Below, piece after piece: positions 1 to 14,300 of a stretch of DNA of 64,000 bases; position 1 is the first letter of the stretch; each line of letters opens with the position of its first letter. Under the pieces are notes generated by a model. That model was not told the DNA's origin. It saw nothing but the letters and a program-made list of their open reading frames with translations, and ran no database searches. This DNA comes from the human T2T-CHM13v2.0 reference genome, Homo sapiens, in NCBI RefSeq assembly GCF_009914755.1, contig NC_060927.1; one strand, written 5' to 3'. A program made the translations under genes and the position numbers.

Positions 1-199
1 GCAGGAGCAGGAGAGCGAAGGTAGAGGTGCTGCACACTTTAAACAACCAGATCACACGAAAACTCACCATCATGAGAACAGCACCAAGGGAGAAATTCGC
101 CCCCATAATACAATCACCTCCCACCAGGCTCCACCTCTAACATACGGGATTAAAATTCAACATGAAATTTAGGTGGGGACAAAGATCCAAACCATATCA
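1..199 (-). mobile_element. MSTA/MSTB (MaLR) LTR, cut by window edge
   Basis: Ends ...ggggacaaagatccaaaccatatca, the reverse complement of the MST LTR start; contains caatcacctcccaccagg. Confidence 0.85.
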
Positions 200-599
200 G
201 AAAGTATACCTTGATTGTACCAACACTAAAGTTTCACTGATTTTAAATTGACATACACATTAATTTAAAATTTTTCTCTACTGTCTCAAATTTATGAAAA
301 GTATAAACTAACCAGCTTTGTGAATGGGGTCATTGAGAAAGAAAAGAAACAGAAAGAAAAGAACCCCTGCCCAAGAGAAGGGTCCTTAATAGTCAAAGAA
401 AAGACAAATAATTCTAGACAGTATCATTACAAATTCAATACAGTAAATATAGTTGGATAAATATATATTGAGTACTGCAGTCTAAAAACAAAACACATTA
501 TCTTCAAGGAATTCATAAAACTTACATAAACTTTTCTATATATCAGGTGTGGCAAATTCTTTGGTGATCTATTGAGAAAACACTTTTACTAGTATATAT

Positions 600-1047
600 G
601 CCCTTGTATAGTCCCTCCATACATTATTTCTGGTTTTGGCCATGTGACTGGCTTTAGCCAATGGAACATTAGCAATTGTGATGCATGCCTGTACATGCAG
701 GCTATATTTTCAGAACTCTACCTCTTGGAACATTCCCTCTCAGATTCCAACCACGATACTGAAAAAACCAAAGCCCAGTCTAGCCATTTAAAGAGAACAC
801 ATGGAAGTAAACCAAGAACCCAGCCAATATCCCCAGGTAAGCTCCCAGCCAAAAGCCAGTACCAATATCCTCCTTAAAAGAGATTCCTCCCATTCCAGTT
901 AAGTTGCCCTAGTTAATGCCTCACGGAGCAGAGATAAGCTGTTATTAATAAGCCCTGTTCAAACTGCAGAATTTGAGCAAATAAATTATTATTATTGTAT
1001 TAAACCAATAAGTTGGGGATAAATGCTATGCAATGATTATCTGAATC
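600..1047 (+). mobile_element. Old MLT1 (MLT1G/H/I-like) MaLR LTR
   Basis: ggccatgtgactggctttagccaatggaa and 3' aaactgcagaatttgagcaaataaa...aagttgggg; boundaries approximate. Confidence 0.55.
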
Positions 1048-1249
1048 ATCAGAGTATGAACAATTTATCAATTTATTCTAAACTATAATTGTACAAGCTG
1101 TATTCTGACATAGTAAAGCCAAATAAAATATAAGCTTTGAATAAAGAGAAAAAACCAAAAACTTTGAAATAAAAAACATTTTATAAATTACTTATGAGTG
1201 ATAAAGATAAAAAAATTTTACTGACAGGCTTCTTAGAAAATAAGGACAA

Positions 1250-1410
1250 TGAAAATGATGACTAACCTCTGATTTTTTTATCTTGCCCAAATTCCTATCT
1301 AAGGCATCTGGTGAGTCATGGCCTCAGATGGGTTTTATTTAACCCTACATATCATGATTTACTTTCCAACCCAACTCTAGCATAACATTACAAAACAAAG
1401 AAGAAAATCC
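1250..1410 (+). mobile_element. MER4-group ERV1 LTR fragment
   Basis: tcttgcccaaattcctatctaagg...gagtcatg...cagatgggttttatttaacccta resembles MER4-type LTRs. Confidence 0.6.
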
Positions 1411-1786
1411 TGTATTCGTCCACTCTCGCATTGCTATAAAGAAATCCCTGAGACTGGGTAATTTATAAAGAAAAAAGTTTTAAGTGGCGCACAGGCTATA
1501 GAAGAGGCATGACTGTGGAGGCCTTAGGGAACTTTGACTCATGGCAGAAGGTAAAGTGGGAGCAGGCATCTTCGCATGGCCAGAGCAGGAGGAAGAGAGA
1601 GAGTAGGGAGGTGTCACACACTTTTAAACAATGAGATCTTGTGAGAACTCTATCACAAAAACAGCACCACCAAAGTGGGACATCCGCCCCCATGACCCAA
1701 TCACCTCCTACCAGGCCCCACCTCAAACACTGGGAATTACAATCCAACATGAGATTTGGGTGGGGACACAAATCCAAATCATGTCA
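1411..1786 (-). mobile_element. MSTA/MSTB solo LTR
   Basis: tgtattcgtcc...ttgctataaagaaatccctgagactgggtaatttataaag through ggggacacaaatccaaatcatgtca; TG...CA ends. Confidence 0.9.
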
Positions 1787-1946
1787 CTTCCCAACTCATT
1801 CTGTGAGGTCAGTATTAACCTGCTACAAAACCCAGGCAAGTAAAATCACAAGAAAGAAAACAGACCAATATCCCTTATAAATATAGACACAAAAATATTC
1901 AATAAAATACTAGTAAACTGAACCCAGCAACATATAAAAAGAATTA

Positions 1947-2786
<840 letters not shown>

Positions 2787-3074
2787 CTACTGTGTATACC
2801 ATGACCAAGTGGGATTTGTCTCAGAAAAGCAAGGACGGCTTAAAATACGAAAATCAATCCAGGTAAAACATCATATTAACAGAATGAAGTCTAAAAAAAA
2901 AAAAAAAAAAAGGATCATCTTAGTAAATGCAGACAAGAGCATTTGACGAAGTCCAACTGTCTTTCGTGATAAAAGCACTCAGCTAGGAACAGAAAGAAAC
3001 ATCCTCAGCCCAATGAAAGACATCTGCACAATTCTCAGGTAACATTGTGCTTCACGGTAAAGACCAACAGCTTC

Positions 3075-3805
3075 CACTCAGACGGGTAAATAACATGAAT
3101 CTTGAAAAACACACATATACATACAACCACCTATGTTCTCCCTCAACACAAGAAGGGTAAGAGATTTTCCACACTCTCCACCTTTTCTTAGTGCGTATGC
3201 CTTAGAAAATTTATAATTGTTCATTCTTTCTCTGCCTCTTTAAAATGAACTCTGTAAGTCTTTCCAAAACTTAAATAAGCCTCTTGTCAGTGTTATAACC
3301 CAGGAACCTTTTCCTTAAAGGCGTAGCCACCATCTCTTTGAAATGAAGCCAATGAGGAAGACCATGCACCTACCAGGGGAGTTTCCATGGGAGGGTGCAG
3401 CCTAACTCAGCAGGCACCTGGGTCCAAACTACAAACCTACCTCCTGTCATAAAGATATAATAGATTTGTTTTTCTTTTGGATTAAGGCAATTAGTAAACA
3501 CAGATGCCTACCCCAATTATCAGATGAATTTAGGATGAACTGTGTGTGACAAATGGTGAGTCAAGTCCTCTTGCTTGAAGACTAGTTATCATTTATCTTG
3601 AGAACATGTATGACAAGGGTTACATCTGCTTAGCTGTATGAGATTTCTTTCTGTCTTTTCTATCTCTTTAGTGGATTGCCTATGTTGAAAATGACATCTG
3701 GTTTCATGTTTATTCAAAAATCCAAACTGTTTTCTTTTCTACTTTTGGGTTGAGCTTGTCTGGGTTGGCAAGAGATTTTGTTTTTTAATTTATATTCCCC
3801 TAACA
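3075..3805 (+). mobile_element. ERV1-class solo LTR, subfamily unresolved
   Basis: About 730-bp interruption of the L1M ending ...ttttaatttatattcccctaaca; 5' boundary approximate. Confidence 0.6.
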
Positions 3806-4296
3806 CTTCTTCAGATCAGGAATAAGACAAGGAAGTCTGCTCTTACCACTTCATTCAACATTGCACTGGAATTTCTAGTTGAGTCACTTAGTCAGAAAGG
3901 GAAATAAAAGGTCTCCAGATGGGAAGGAAAGAAGTAAGACAATTTCTATTTGCAGGTGCTATGATATTTTGTGTAGAAAATTGCAAGAAATTCACAAAAA
4001 AATTACAGCTAATATATGAGTTCAGTAAGTTTATAGTACACAAAATCAATATGCAAAAATAAATTATATTTCTATACTCTAGCAATGAACAATCCAAGAT
4101 GAAATTAAGAAAACAATTTATTTACAATAGCTTCAAAAAAACCCAAAACTTAGGGATAAATTTAACAAAGAAAGTACATGACTTGTACACTAAAAAGAGC
4201 ATAACATCATTGAAAAAAGTTTTTTAAAAAAGACCTAAATAAATGGAAAGACATTTTGTGTTCAGAAATTAGAAGACTTGCCATTGTTTAAATGGC

Positions 4297-4762
4297 TGCA
4301 TTAGTTTCCTCTTGTTGCTGTGCAAATCACCACAAATTCAGTGGTTTAGAACACACATCTTATAGTCCTGAATTGCTCTAAATTGGTTCTTGCTGGACTA
4401 AAATCAAGGTTTTGGTAGGGCTGCATTTCTTTCTGAAGGTTCTGGGAGAGAATCTATTTCCTTGCCTTTTTCCAGCTTCTAGAGACTGCCCACATTCCTT
4501 GGCTTATGGCTCACTTTCATCTTCAAAGTCAGCAATGGCCAGTCAAGTCTTTCTCACAGCATGTCACTCTGGCACTTAATCTTCTGCCTCCCTTTTTCAT
4601 GTTTAAAGACATTTGTCATTACACTGGGTCCAGTAGCCTCAAATCCATCTGCTACCTTAATTCCCCTTCACCATGTAACATAACATATCCATAGGGTCTA
4701 GGGATTATACTAGAATGTAGACATCTTGCGGGGGTGGGGGGATCATTTTTCTGCCTATCACA
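4297..4762 (-). mobile_element. MLT1D/MLT1C solo LTR
   Basis: tgcattagtttcct...ccagcttctagagactgcccacattccttggct...ctgcctatcaca. Confidence 0.8.
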
Positions 4763-5736
4763 ATTGGCAAATTGATCTACAGATTCAACACAATTGGCTT
4801 TTTTTTTTCTTGCAGAAATTGACAAGATGATCCTAAAATTTATCTAGAAACACACGGGACACAGAACAGCCAAGATAATTTTGAAAAATAAGAACGAAGG
4901 ACTCATACTTCTTGATTTCAAAACTGACTACAAAGCTACAGTAATTAACACTGTGTGAGACTGGCATAAGGATATGCATATAGATTGATAAAATAAAACT
5001 GAGAAGCCCTTGAGAAATAAACCTTATATATATGGTCAACTGATTTTTGACAATAATGACAAGAAAATTCAATAGGAAAAGAAGTTATTTCAACAAATGG
5101 TACTGGGACAACTGGATACACACATGCAAAAGGATGAAGTTGGAACCTTACCTCATACCATATGCAAAAATTAATGCTAAATGAGTCATAGACCTATATA
5201 TAAGAATTAGAACTATAAAACTTATGGAAGAAAATATAGGTGTAAGTCTTTGTGATTTTGGATTACACAATGGTTTCCTAGAATGACTCTTAAGCACAAG
5301 CAACCAAATCAATAAGTTGGATTTCATCAAAATTGAAAACTTTTGTGCCTCAAAGGACATTATCAAGACAATGAGAAGAGAACACATAGAAGAACACACT
5401 TACAAATCATATATCTGATACATATCTGCTTTCCAAAATAAGTAAAAACTTTTATAACTCAATAATAAAAACACAAGTAACCCAGTTTAAAAATGGGCAA
5501 AAACAAAGTTGTTAAACTTCATGAGTTACAGAAAAATGCAATGAAAAACCATAGTGAGATACCATGTCATACCCACTAGTGTGGCTATGATCCAAAAGAC
5601 AGATTAAATAATAACTATTGGCAAACATGTAGGAGATTGGAACCTTCACATATTCCTGGTAGAAATGGAAAATGGTGCAGTCACTTTGGAAGACAATTTG
5701 GCAGTTTCTCAAAAAGTTAAACATAGAATTACCATA

Positions 5737-6065
5737 TTGAGGAGTATGGCTGCAGGCCAAAATCCTATGTATTATCTTTCAGGCAGGACCCTAGACAGTT
5801 ACAAGGCTTTGCCCGGCAGACCTCATTGGGGGAAACTGCCATCTCCACATCAGACTTGGTACACAGCTAGTATGTTACAGCTTCTGGAGGGATTTGCAGC
5901 CAAGAACTCACTGCCTGGTCCCTCCACCCCCACTAGCCCTGCTCATAGGCTTCTCTGCTTTCCTAGCTCAGGCACTTCCATTCAGAGGCTTCAGTTCAGG
6001 CCCTTTTCAGGAGTCCCAGTTGAGACCTCCTTAGGGAGGGCTTGGCTGAGGCAGTGCTTTCAGCT
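5737..6065. mobile_element. Probable ERVL-class LTR fragment (MER54/74/88-like)
   Basis: Abrupt GC-richer segment starting TG at the point where the L1 breaks; family tentative. Confidence 0.35.
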
Positions 6066-6233
6066 ACTAGTGATACTTCTCCATGTTGAATGAATAGTTA
6101 CATACATCGTAAAAGTATAAAAACATACTTTTTCCAGATAGTGGAAAACTTCCAGATAGTGGTTACCTCTGGGTAGGAAGGGGAAGTAGGATGAAGAGGA
6201 GCCTTCAATTGACTCCGTAACATTATTTCTTCA

Positions 6234-6554
<321 letters not shown>

Positions 6555-7499
6555 CCTTTTCTTAAGAATATATAATAAAGCCATAATGTAGTAAAACCTA
6601 GTATGCATAAATGGGTATTTGTTACACATATGAAATATTTCATAATACAAAAGAATGAAAAACATCGAAATAATTCTTAGCCCCAGGTGGTGAAATTATA
6701 TGTGATTGTGATTTTAGTTTTTTCTTGATATGTATATACATTTTTTCAAACTCTTCCAACCAACATGAATTTCTTTTATAATGATAATAAATAATACATG
6801 TGTTTCACAAAGAGGTATTACTACCCATAACTTTACTTAAGCAGAGAGCTATAAAAATATATTTTGGTTAAACTGTAATATATGGCTTAAAAATTGAACC
6901 AGTATTAAAATCTCATTTTCATGTAAAAAAAAACTCTACAAATATTTTAATAGTTCAGCTGAGAAATGCTTTTATTTTTCAAACACAAACCAAAATTTAA
7001 AAGCTGAAATTTACACATGTCCAAATTGTAAGAGCTAGTCAGGAACTGAAATGCAAATAATTACATCTTTAATAATTATTCCTATTAAGTTTTTTTTTGG
7101 CAACATGACCTTAAATAGCCCAGGATTATCTGAATGTGGTCATTCAAGCTATTACTATAAATTACTCAGTGTAGAGGTATAATTAATAATTAATAGAACT
7201 TTTTAGAGCTAGGACATCTAATTCAACAGTTTCCAATGATTTTCTAGAACCCTTTCTTCATATTAAATAATGTGCAGAAGCTCAACATGTAGAAGAAGCC
7301 ATAACAAAGGTGCTGTGTTTGAAGCTGGGAGCTGCATTCTGAGCCCTTGCTTGCTCCCTTTCTCACATCTTTATCCTCTTCCTCCATCAACGGCTCTTTC
7401 CTGTCTGGAAACAAGGATCGTCAAGTCTCCTGATTTCTAACCACACCTCCTGTTCTCATATTTCATCATAGCACAGTTTTCCTCTATTGGCTGTTGCCA

Positions 7500-8080
7500 C
7501 AGTTCTACCTACCATTGCTTGTCATGATCCCCCTGTACCCCAGCCCTTACCACTCCCCTGAAACCTCTCTGGATAACCATTGTCCATCTGCACATCCAAG
7601 GGATACTCTTCCATCCTTTACATGGACGCATATGAAATCACCATATAAAAACAATTCTCAATACCTGGCTGCTCTGTAATACTACTGAGCTTAGAAAAGC
7701 ATTGCGTTCCTCCTTGGGAACTTTCTCACATCGTGTCTGACACTACTTTCTTCTAGTTTTTTTTCTTTTGAACTTCCTGTCTGCCTACTCCTTGTAAGTC
7801 ACCCCAACCTTCCTGTCTCTGTGTTTGCCTCTTAAGCATTGTGGCTCCTCAAGGTTTTATTCATCACTTGTCTATTTCACAGCAAGTTTCACACAGATGC
7901 TGATGACCCTATGTCTCCTTACCAGCCAGAAACACTCCCCTGAGGCTCCAGAAACATATTTGGGTTGCTTATTGGACATAACAGTCTTACCATCTCAAAA
8001 GCAATTCAAACTCAACATACTCAAAACTAAATTAATCACTTCCTTTTCTCTGCAAATTCTATCCATGTCTTCTCTAATCA
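7500..8080 (+). mobile_element. L2 relic
   Basis: Pyrimidine-rich; caaactcaacatactcaaaactaaattaatcacttcc resembles L2. Confidence 0.5.
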
Positions 8081-8089
8081 TCAGGAAGT

Positions 8090-8320
8090 TTTGTGGGTTG
8101 GATTGTGTCCCCTGAAAAGATATGTTGAAGTCCTAACTCACAGTACCTGTGAATGTGATCTTGTTTGGAAAGAGGATCTTTGCAGAGGTAATCAAGTTAA
8201 GATGAGGTCATACTGCATAAGGGTGGGCCCTAATCCAATATGACTACTGTACTGAGAAAACAGACACACAGGCATAGACACACAGAGAATGCCAGGTGAG
8301 GCAGAGACAAGAGTGATGTC
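8090..8320 (+). mobile_element. MLT1B/C LTR, 5' half
   Basis: gatatgttgaagtcctaac...gtaatcaagttaagatgaggtcatactg...gggtgggccctaatccaatatgact. Confidence 0.8.
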
Positions 8321-8323
8321 TCT

Positions 8324-8920
8324 TGTCAAGTATTTCCCTTCCCAGATCTGTCCTGTCCCAACTGCCTCCCCGGCTTTTGGTAGCCTGTTCAATGGACAGT
8401 CCCATTTCTTAACACTTTCAGCTGTCTGGCTTCTTAGGGTGAGGGCTGGCTTCCAGCATGAGTTCCCTCATGGCAGTCTGGTGAGAGCTGTAGCAGCTTC
8501 TGTACCCAGGCCCCTGCCAACTGCTCTACAAGAGGTGCTGGCTGCATACTCCCGCCCCCACAACACTTCCAGTGGGGTTGAGTAACCAAAAGAATCTGGA
8601 GGTTAAATAAGGCCTATGGGCAAACTTTCATCAATGAGAGACAGGAAATGAATTATTCTTCCTTCCCTCCCACAATCGACTCTTCTAATGCACAGAAGTC
8701 CCATAAGATCTGTCCAGAGACATCTCCCATGACCAAGTAAATGCTGCTTCTTAATAAAGCTGTGACAAGCTCAGTAACAGTACATTGTATTTGCTGTCCT
8801 TCCTTCCCTTCTTTGTTTCTTGTTTTTTTCCTTACTCTCACTACCCTGGGATTACTACCTCTCCTCTCCAATAAAAAGCTCACATGTAAGCTCCGTTTTC
8901 TATGGAACCCGGGCTAAGAT
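8324..8920 (+). mobile_element. ERVL LTR (LTR33/LTR16 group)
   Basis: 3' end ccaataaaagc...ttttctatggaacccgggctaagata typical of this group. Confidence 0.55.
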
Positions 8921-9075
8921 AGCAAGTTGCTTAAACATCATTTTTTCTCTTCTAAAAATAGAGATAATGATGGCTCTTCTCATAGGACCACCAAAAGTAT
9001 TATATTAGACAATATCTGAAAAGCACAGTAACTTGAAATAGTTAGTGCTCACAAAATGTCACTTGTTACTATTAA
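8921..9075 (+). mobile_element. MIR fragment
   Basis: gcaagttgcttaaac...taaaaatagagataatgat...tagtgctcacaaaatgt. Confidence 0.55.
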
Positions 9076-9122
9076 TTATAACTACATGAAGATCCAGAGC
9101 TATTTTTGCATTCTTCTCCCAC

Positions 9123-9566
9123 TGTGTTAGTCCAGGTTCTCTAGAAGGACAGAGATAATGGAATCGATATGTATATAAAGGGGAGTTTATTAAGTGTTAA
9201 CTTACACAATTGCAAGGTCCCACAATAGGCAGTCTGCAGGCTGAGGAGCAAGGAGAGTCAGTCGGAGTTCCAAAACTAAAGAACTTGGAGTCCAGTGTTC
9301 AAGGGCAGGAAGCATCCAGCATGGGAGAAAGATGAAGGCTGGGAGGTTAGGCCAGTCTCTCTTTCCACACTTTTCTGCCTGCTTATATTCTGGCCATGCT
9401 GGCAGCTGATTAGATGGTGCCCACCAAGATTAAGGGTGGGTCTACCTTTCCCAGCCCACTGACTCAAATGTTAATCTCCTTTGGCAACATCCTCACAGAC
9501 ACAACCAGGATCAATACTTTGTATCCTTCAATCCAATCAAGTTGACACTCAGTATTAACCATCACA
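9123..9566 (-). mobile_element. MLT2A1 (HERV-L) solo LTR, complete
   Basis: 444 bp, ends ...caatccaatcaagttgacactcagtattaaccatcaca; perfect 5-bp TSD cccac (9118-9122, 9567-9571). Confidence 0.92.
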
Positions 9567-10179
9567 CCCACTTTGTTACAGGAAGAAGAAACTGGAGAAT
9601 GTGCACATAATGTCCCCTCTTTTCTTTAATCCTTATTGTGCTACATTAAAAACCATTACCACTGTACCTTGTGCTATAGAAGCATTAAAGTTCATTTACA
9701 CAGGAAAACAGTTATTAAAGGCTGTTAGGAAGCTTACAAAGTCCCTGGAGTACCCAGCAGTCAGGCTTGAAGGCCATACGGGGAGGGACAAAGCTTTAGC
9801 CAACATTGTATTGGGTCAGGCACAACTTGTACCACTGACAGTGGAAAGTAGACCCAATCCTGCCATCTTCCAACACCACCCTTTCCCCTGGCCCAAACTG
9901 GACTCTAGCCAATACATACTTTCTCCCATTTCTCACTTGCAAATCCAAGTCTTGCTGACGTAATCTGATTGATGGAGTCTAAGTCACATGGTTGTGTTTC
10001 AGCTGCAAGGAGGCTAAGATTACACATTTTTCTGTTGACTTGCTTAAGGAAAAGATATTCATAAGGTAGGAAGTCCCCCCCAGATATAGGAAATGAGTTC
10101 ATAAGATTAACTGACCAGCCAGAAAATATGACAAATGTACACTGTATGTCTACTTGAAGAAATGTCCCAAACCAAATAA

Positions 10180-10500
<321 letters not shown>

Positions 10501-11197
10501 ACAGTTTTTAAAAAAAAGAAAGAAAGAAAGAAAGACTGAAAGAGAAAGAGGAAGGTGGGAATAATCTACTTATTGAGGGAATTCTGGCAAAGTATATTCC
10601 ATGTCTAGGTAGTCCATAGTGCACTAGCTATTTCTTGAGTGGACCTAACGGCTGCTGCAGAGGTCACAGTAACGCTTTCAGATGCCCTGGGCAAAGTGGG
10701 CTAAATGCTTTTTAACTCTGGGTCACCTCTTTCTAGCCCTCAGTTGACTCCAAAGAGTAATTACAACTCATAGTGAACAGAGGCAAATTCGTCTCAGGCT
10801 CAACATTAATAATTTACCATTAGTTATAAATCTTAAAAGAAAACATTCCCTGGCCAATGCACATATCTAATATTAAGATGATAAGATTTTTATTCTTAGA
10901 AAAAAAGATATATGAAAAAATGGAAATAAAAATACTTGAAGGAGGAAAACAAACCACTTCTATCAACTATATCCTTATCAGTTATACCACAAAATAATCT
11001 TATTATCAAACACACAATCCTAAAATTACAGGTTATTTCCCCTCCTGTATTACATATGTATAGAATAACTAACCAAGGATTTTTAATTCTTTCTTCAAAG
11101 TGTATATCCTACCTCCCATTTCTTTTTATTCTCATTGCCAACAAGTCCAAATCAGCCCACCCCTAAATTATTACAAAAGCCTTACTCCCTTAAGTGC

Positions 11198-11330
11198 TTT
11201 CATTCATTTATTCATTCATTCATTTATTCATTGAACAAGCATTTTCTGAGCACTTGCTATGTACCAAGTCCTCTTTTTCATGGATTATTTTTCTAATGGG
11301 AAAAATGACAGAATGCTAGTAAATTGGTAG
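11198..11330 (-). mobile_element. L2 3' end with (TTCA)n tail
   Basis: ttcattcatt repeats followed by aacaagcattttctgagcacttgctatgtaccaag. Confidence 0.65.
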
Positions 11331-14300
11331 AAGCAAACTAATGGAGGTGTAGAAATTGATACATGACAGAGAATTGCTGGAGTGATGCCCTTGAGGAAAT
11401 GGACAGACAGGAGGAGGGGTGGCCTTCACCAGGACCATGGAAGCAGAGTCGCATGAGAAAAGGTCGGTTACAGGAACACAGGTATGGGTAAGGGGAAAGA
11501 CATGGAAGCAGGAGCTTGTGGAAGTTCTCTTCCATAGCTCCCAGCTTCTCCGCGAAGTAGGGAGCAGGCTCATTAGCATAAAGGTTAGAGTCAAAACTTC
11601 TTCCTCCTGCCAAATCCTCCTAATCCAAACATTAATTATAGTCAAACACCTCCTCCTCAGACATCGGGCACATATTGACTTCCCATTTCACGGACCTCCT
11701 GCAGCCCCTTCAACTCCTGTGACCTTCCCAGGCTTGCTCTGCTGTTCCCTACTGACATGGTGGCTGAAGGGGTACAGGATAAACCCTTGATTCCATCATA
11801 ACACACATTGTATGTCAGCAATTCAACGGCATAAAACTTGAAAGTAAATATCACTAAGTAGGTGATACCCATAACCAAGGAAACATTTATTTTATTCATA
11901 TGAACAGGTATAAACAGAGAATAATAAAAATGTTTTTCTAATTGTACATAAACAGTAGAAGGTCCCTGTTGATCTGAGAAGTGCCATAGGCATGGCTACT
12001 TTGCCTATAGCCCTTGGCCACTCTTGAGTGGTATAATAGCGTGGCAGGCAATTTGAGTAAAAACTGCTTTGTCGAAAAGCATCCAAGTTAAAGCAGATCT
12101 TGTTTAAACTCAGACACTGACACATATAAGGGCACAATAACTTCTAGCTAGTTATTATTACTTTAATGGTCAGGAAGAAACTTGCAATAGTCAAGAAGTG
12201 AACATTTTCCTTGATAAAATGAGAAAACGATCACCAATGAATATTCCTAGTCACTGGATATTCTACATATTAATCATTATCTTGCTACTAAGAAAAACTT
12301 TCTGTCCTTTCCTTTTTCTTAATGCTGTATCAGGCAAGACCAAGTTTAAATTTTCACTTCCCAATTTACTAGCTATGTGATTTGGTTATTAAAGCAAAGA
12401 TATTAAACCAACCTCCACTTCTTACACATCTTACTCTCTTCATTTCCTCATGATGACTTAAAATAATATATTTGGAATTACCACTTTCCCTCCCATTGCT
12501 CAGATTTTGTGCTCTCTTCAGACCCTCTTGCTATCTCCTGTTATAGAGAAACTCTCTGGCCCTATTTTCTCAGTGGTCCAAAACAATTTCAGTAAATAAT
12601 GTTAGCTAGATGCTGTTGTTTTCTCCTTTTAAGGAGAAAATGTGGCAATTAGCACATTCTGCTTATTTCTACCATGGCCCATCACATCTTGGCAATATTT
12701 GAAAGCTGCATAAAGAGGTTTCATGCAGGACAACGTGATCTAAGAGGCAGGAGCTAGTGGGAGCAGGTTGTTTCAGATGAGAAAATGGAGGGCATCAACC
12801 TATAGACAGCCTTCCTGGAACAATTTAGAATGATTGTAGCCCCACAGGAGGAGCACTCCCCAGATTCAGGCTTGCACAAGAGGCAGAGTGACAATTCCTC
12901 CCTACTTGGAACATCAACGTTCCTACAGATGAAAAGAGATGCCTGTCTGATCTGAATAGCTGGAACTCTGGGATAGGAGTAAGGCTGGGAGGTGGATTCC
13001 TTTCCTGCTGGCCTGGCAGAGGAGCTGAGGTAGCTCCCACCCTTCTCCCTGATAAAAACCTCAGCACATCTAATTGAGAGCTCCCCCAGCCACCTTCATG
13101 GAGACTGGGACCTCTAGGTATTAGCACTGGGTATTACATCTACGCACCTGACCTAGCTACAACTGGTTCCTACTCAGGGATACCCCCCCTACTGGCCTGA
13201 AGCGTGAATCATCAACTCAGTAAATAAAATACTAGGGGAAAATTAAATAAATAAATAAAGTTTGCACCTCAAGAGAATGAGATAAGCTTCAAGATATCCC
13301 TGCCATTCCAACCCAATAGAAGACAGTGAATTTGCCCACACACCAAACACATAATTACTACAACCAGCATCTAGGAAAGCCAGTGCCCAAAGTCTACAAC
13401 TTAGGAACTCATACAGAGTCTTTACCCCTAACAGTACAAAGAATCAAATTAGGCTATAATAAACTATAAACATTAAAGTCTGATCCTTAAAAGGAAAAAT
13501 AGGAACTCATTGAAAAACAGAGTTAAATCAAAAATAAATTCAAGAACAATCTGAAGAAACAGTCTACCCAAATGAGAAGGAACCAGAAAAGTAATTCTGG
13601 CAATATGACAAAACAGGGTTCTATAACACCCCCAAAAGATCACACGAGTTCCACATTAATGAATCCAAACTAAAGGGAAATCTCTGAAATGCTAGATAAA
13701 GAATTCAGAAGGTTGATTATTAAGTTACTCAAGGAGATAACAGAGGAAGGTTAAAACCAACATAAAGAAATTTTTTTAATCTAGGAAATGAATAAAAAAT
13801 TTTCCGGAGAGATAGATATCATAAGGAAAAACCAATCAGAACTTCTGGAAATGAAAGACACACTTAAGGAAATACAAAATGCAATGGACAGTTTCAACAA
13901 TAGACTAGAACATGTAGAAGAAAGAATTTCAGAGCCCAAAGAAAAGGCTTTCAAATTAACCCAATCAGTCAAAGATAAAGAAAAAAGACTCAAAAGACAT
14001 GAACAAAGTCTCCAAGAAATATGAGATTATATAAAACAGTCAAACTCAAGAATAATTGGTGTTCCTGAGGGAAAAGAACAAATAAGTTTGGAAAACTTAT
14101 TTTAGGGAATAATTGAGGAAAACTTCCCTGGCCTTACTAGAGATCTAGATATCCAAATACAAGAAGCTCGAAGAACTCCTGGGAAATTAATTACAAAAAG
14201 ATCATCACAAAAGCACATAGTTATCAGGCAAACCAAAATCAGCATGAAGAAAAGAATTTTAACAGAAGTAAGACAAAAGCATCAGGTGACCTATAAAGAG

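Noticed and set aside
5665-6093. 142-aa ORF
   Set aside because: Runs from L1M into an LTR-like fragment, has no recognisable domain, and is best explained as a chance open frame.
11982-12019. Imperfect hairpin gccatagggc...gcccttggc
   Set aside because: Only about 37 nt with bulges; too short for a pre-miRNA and expected by chance.
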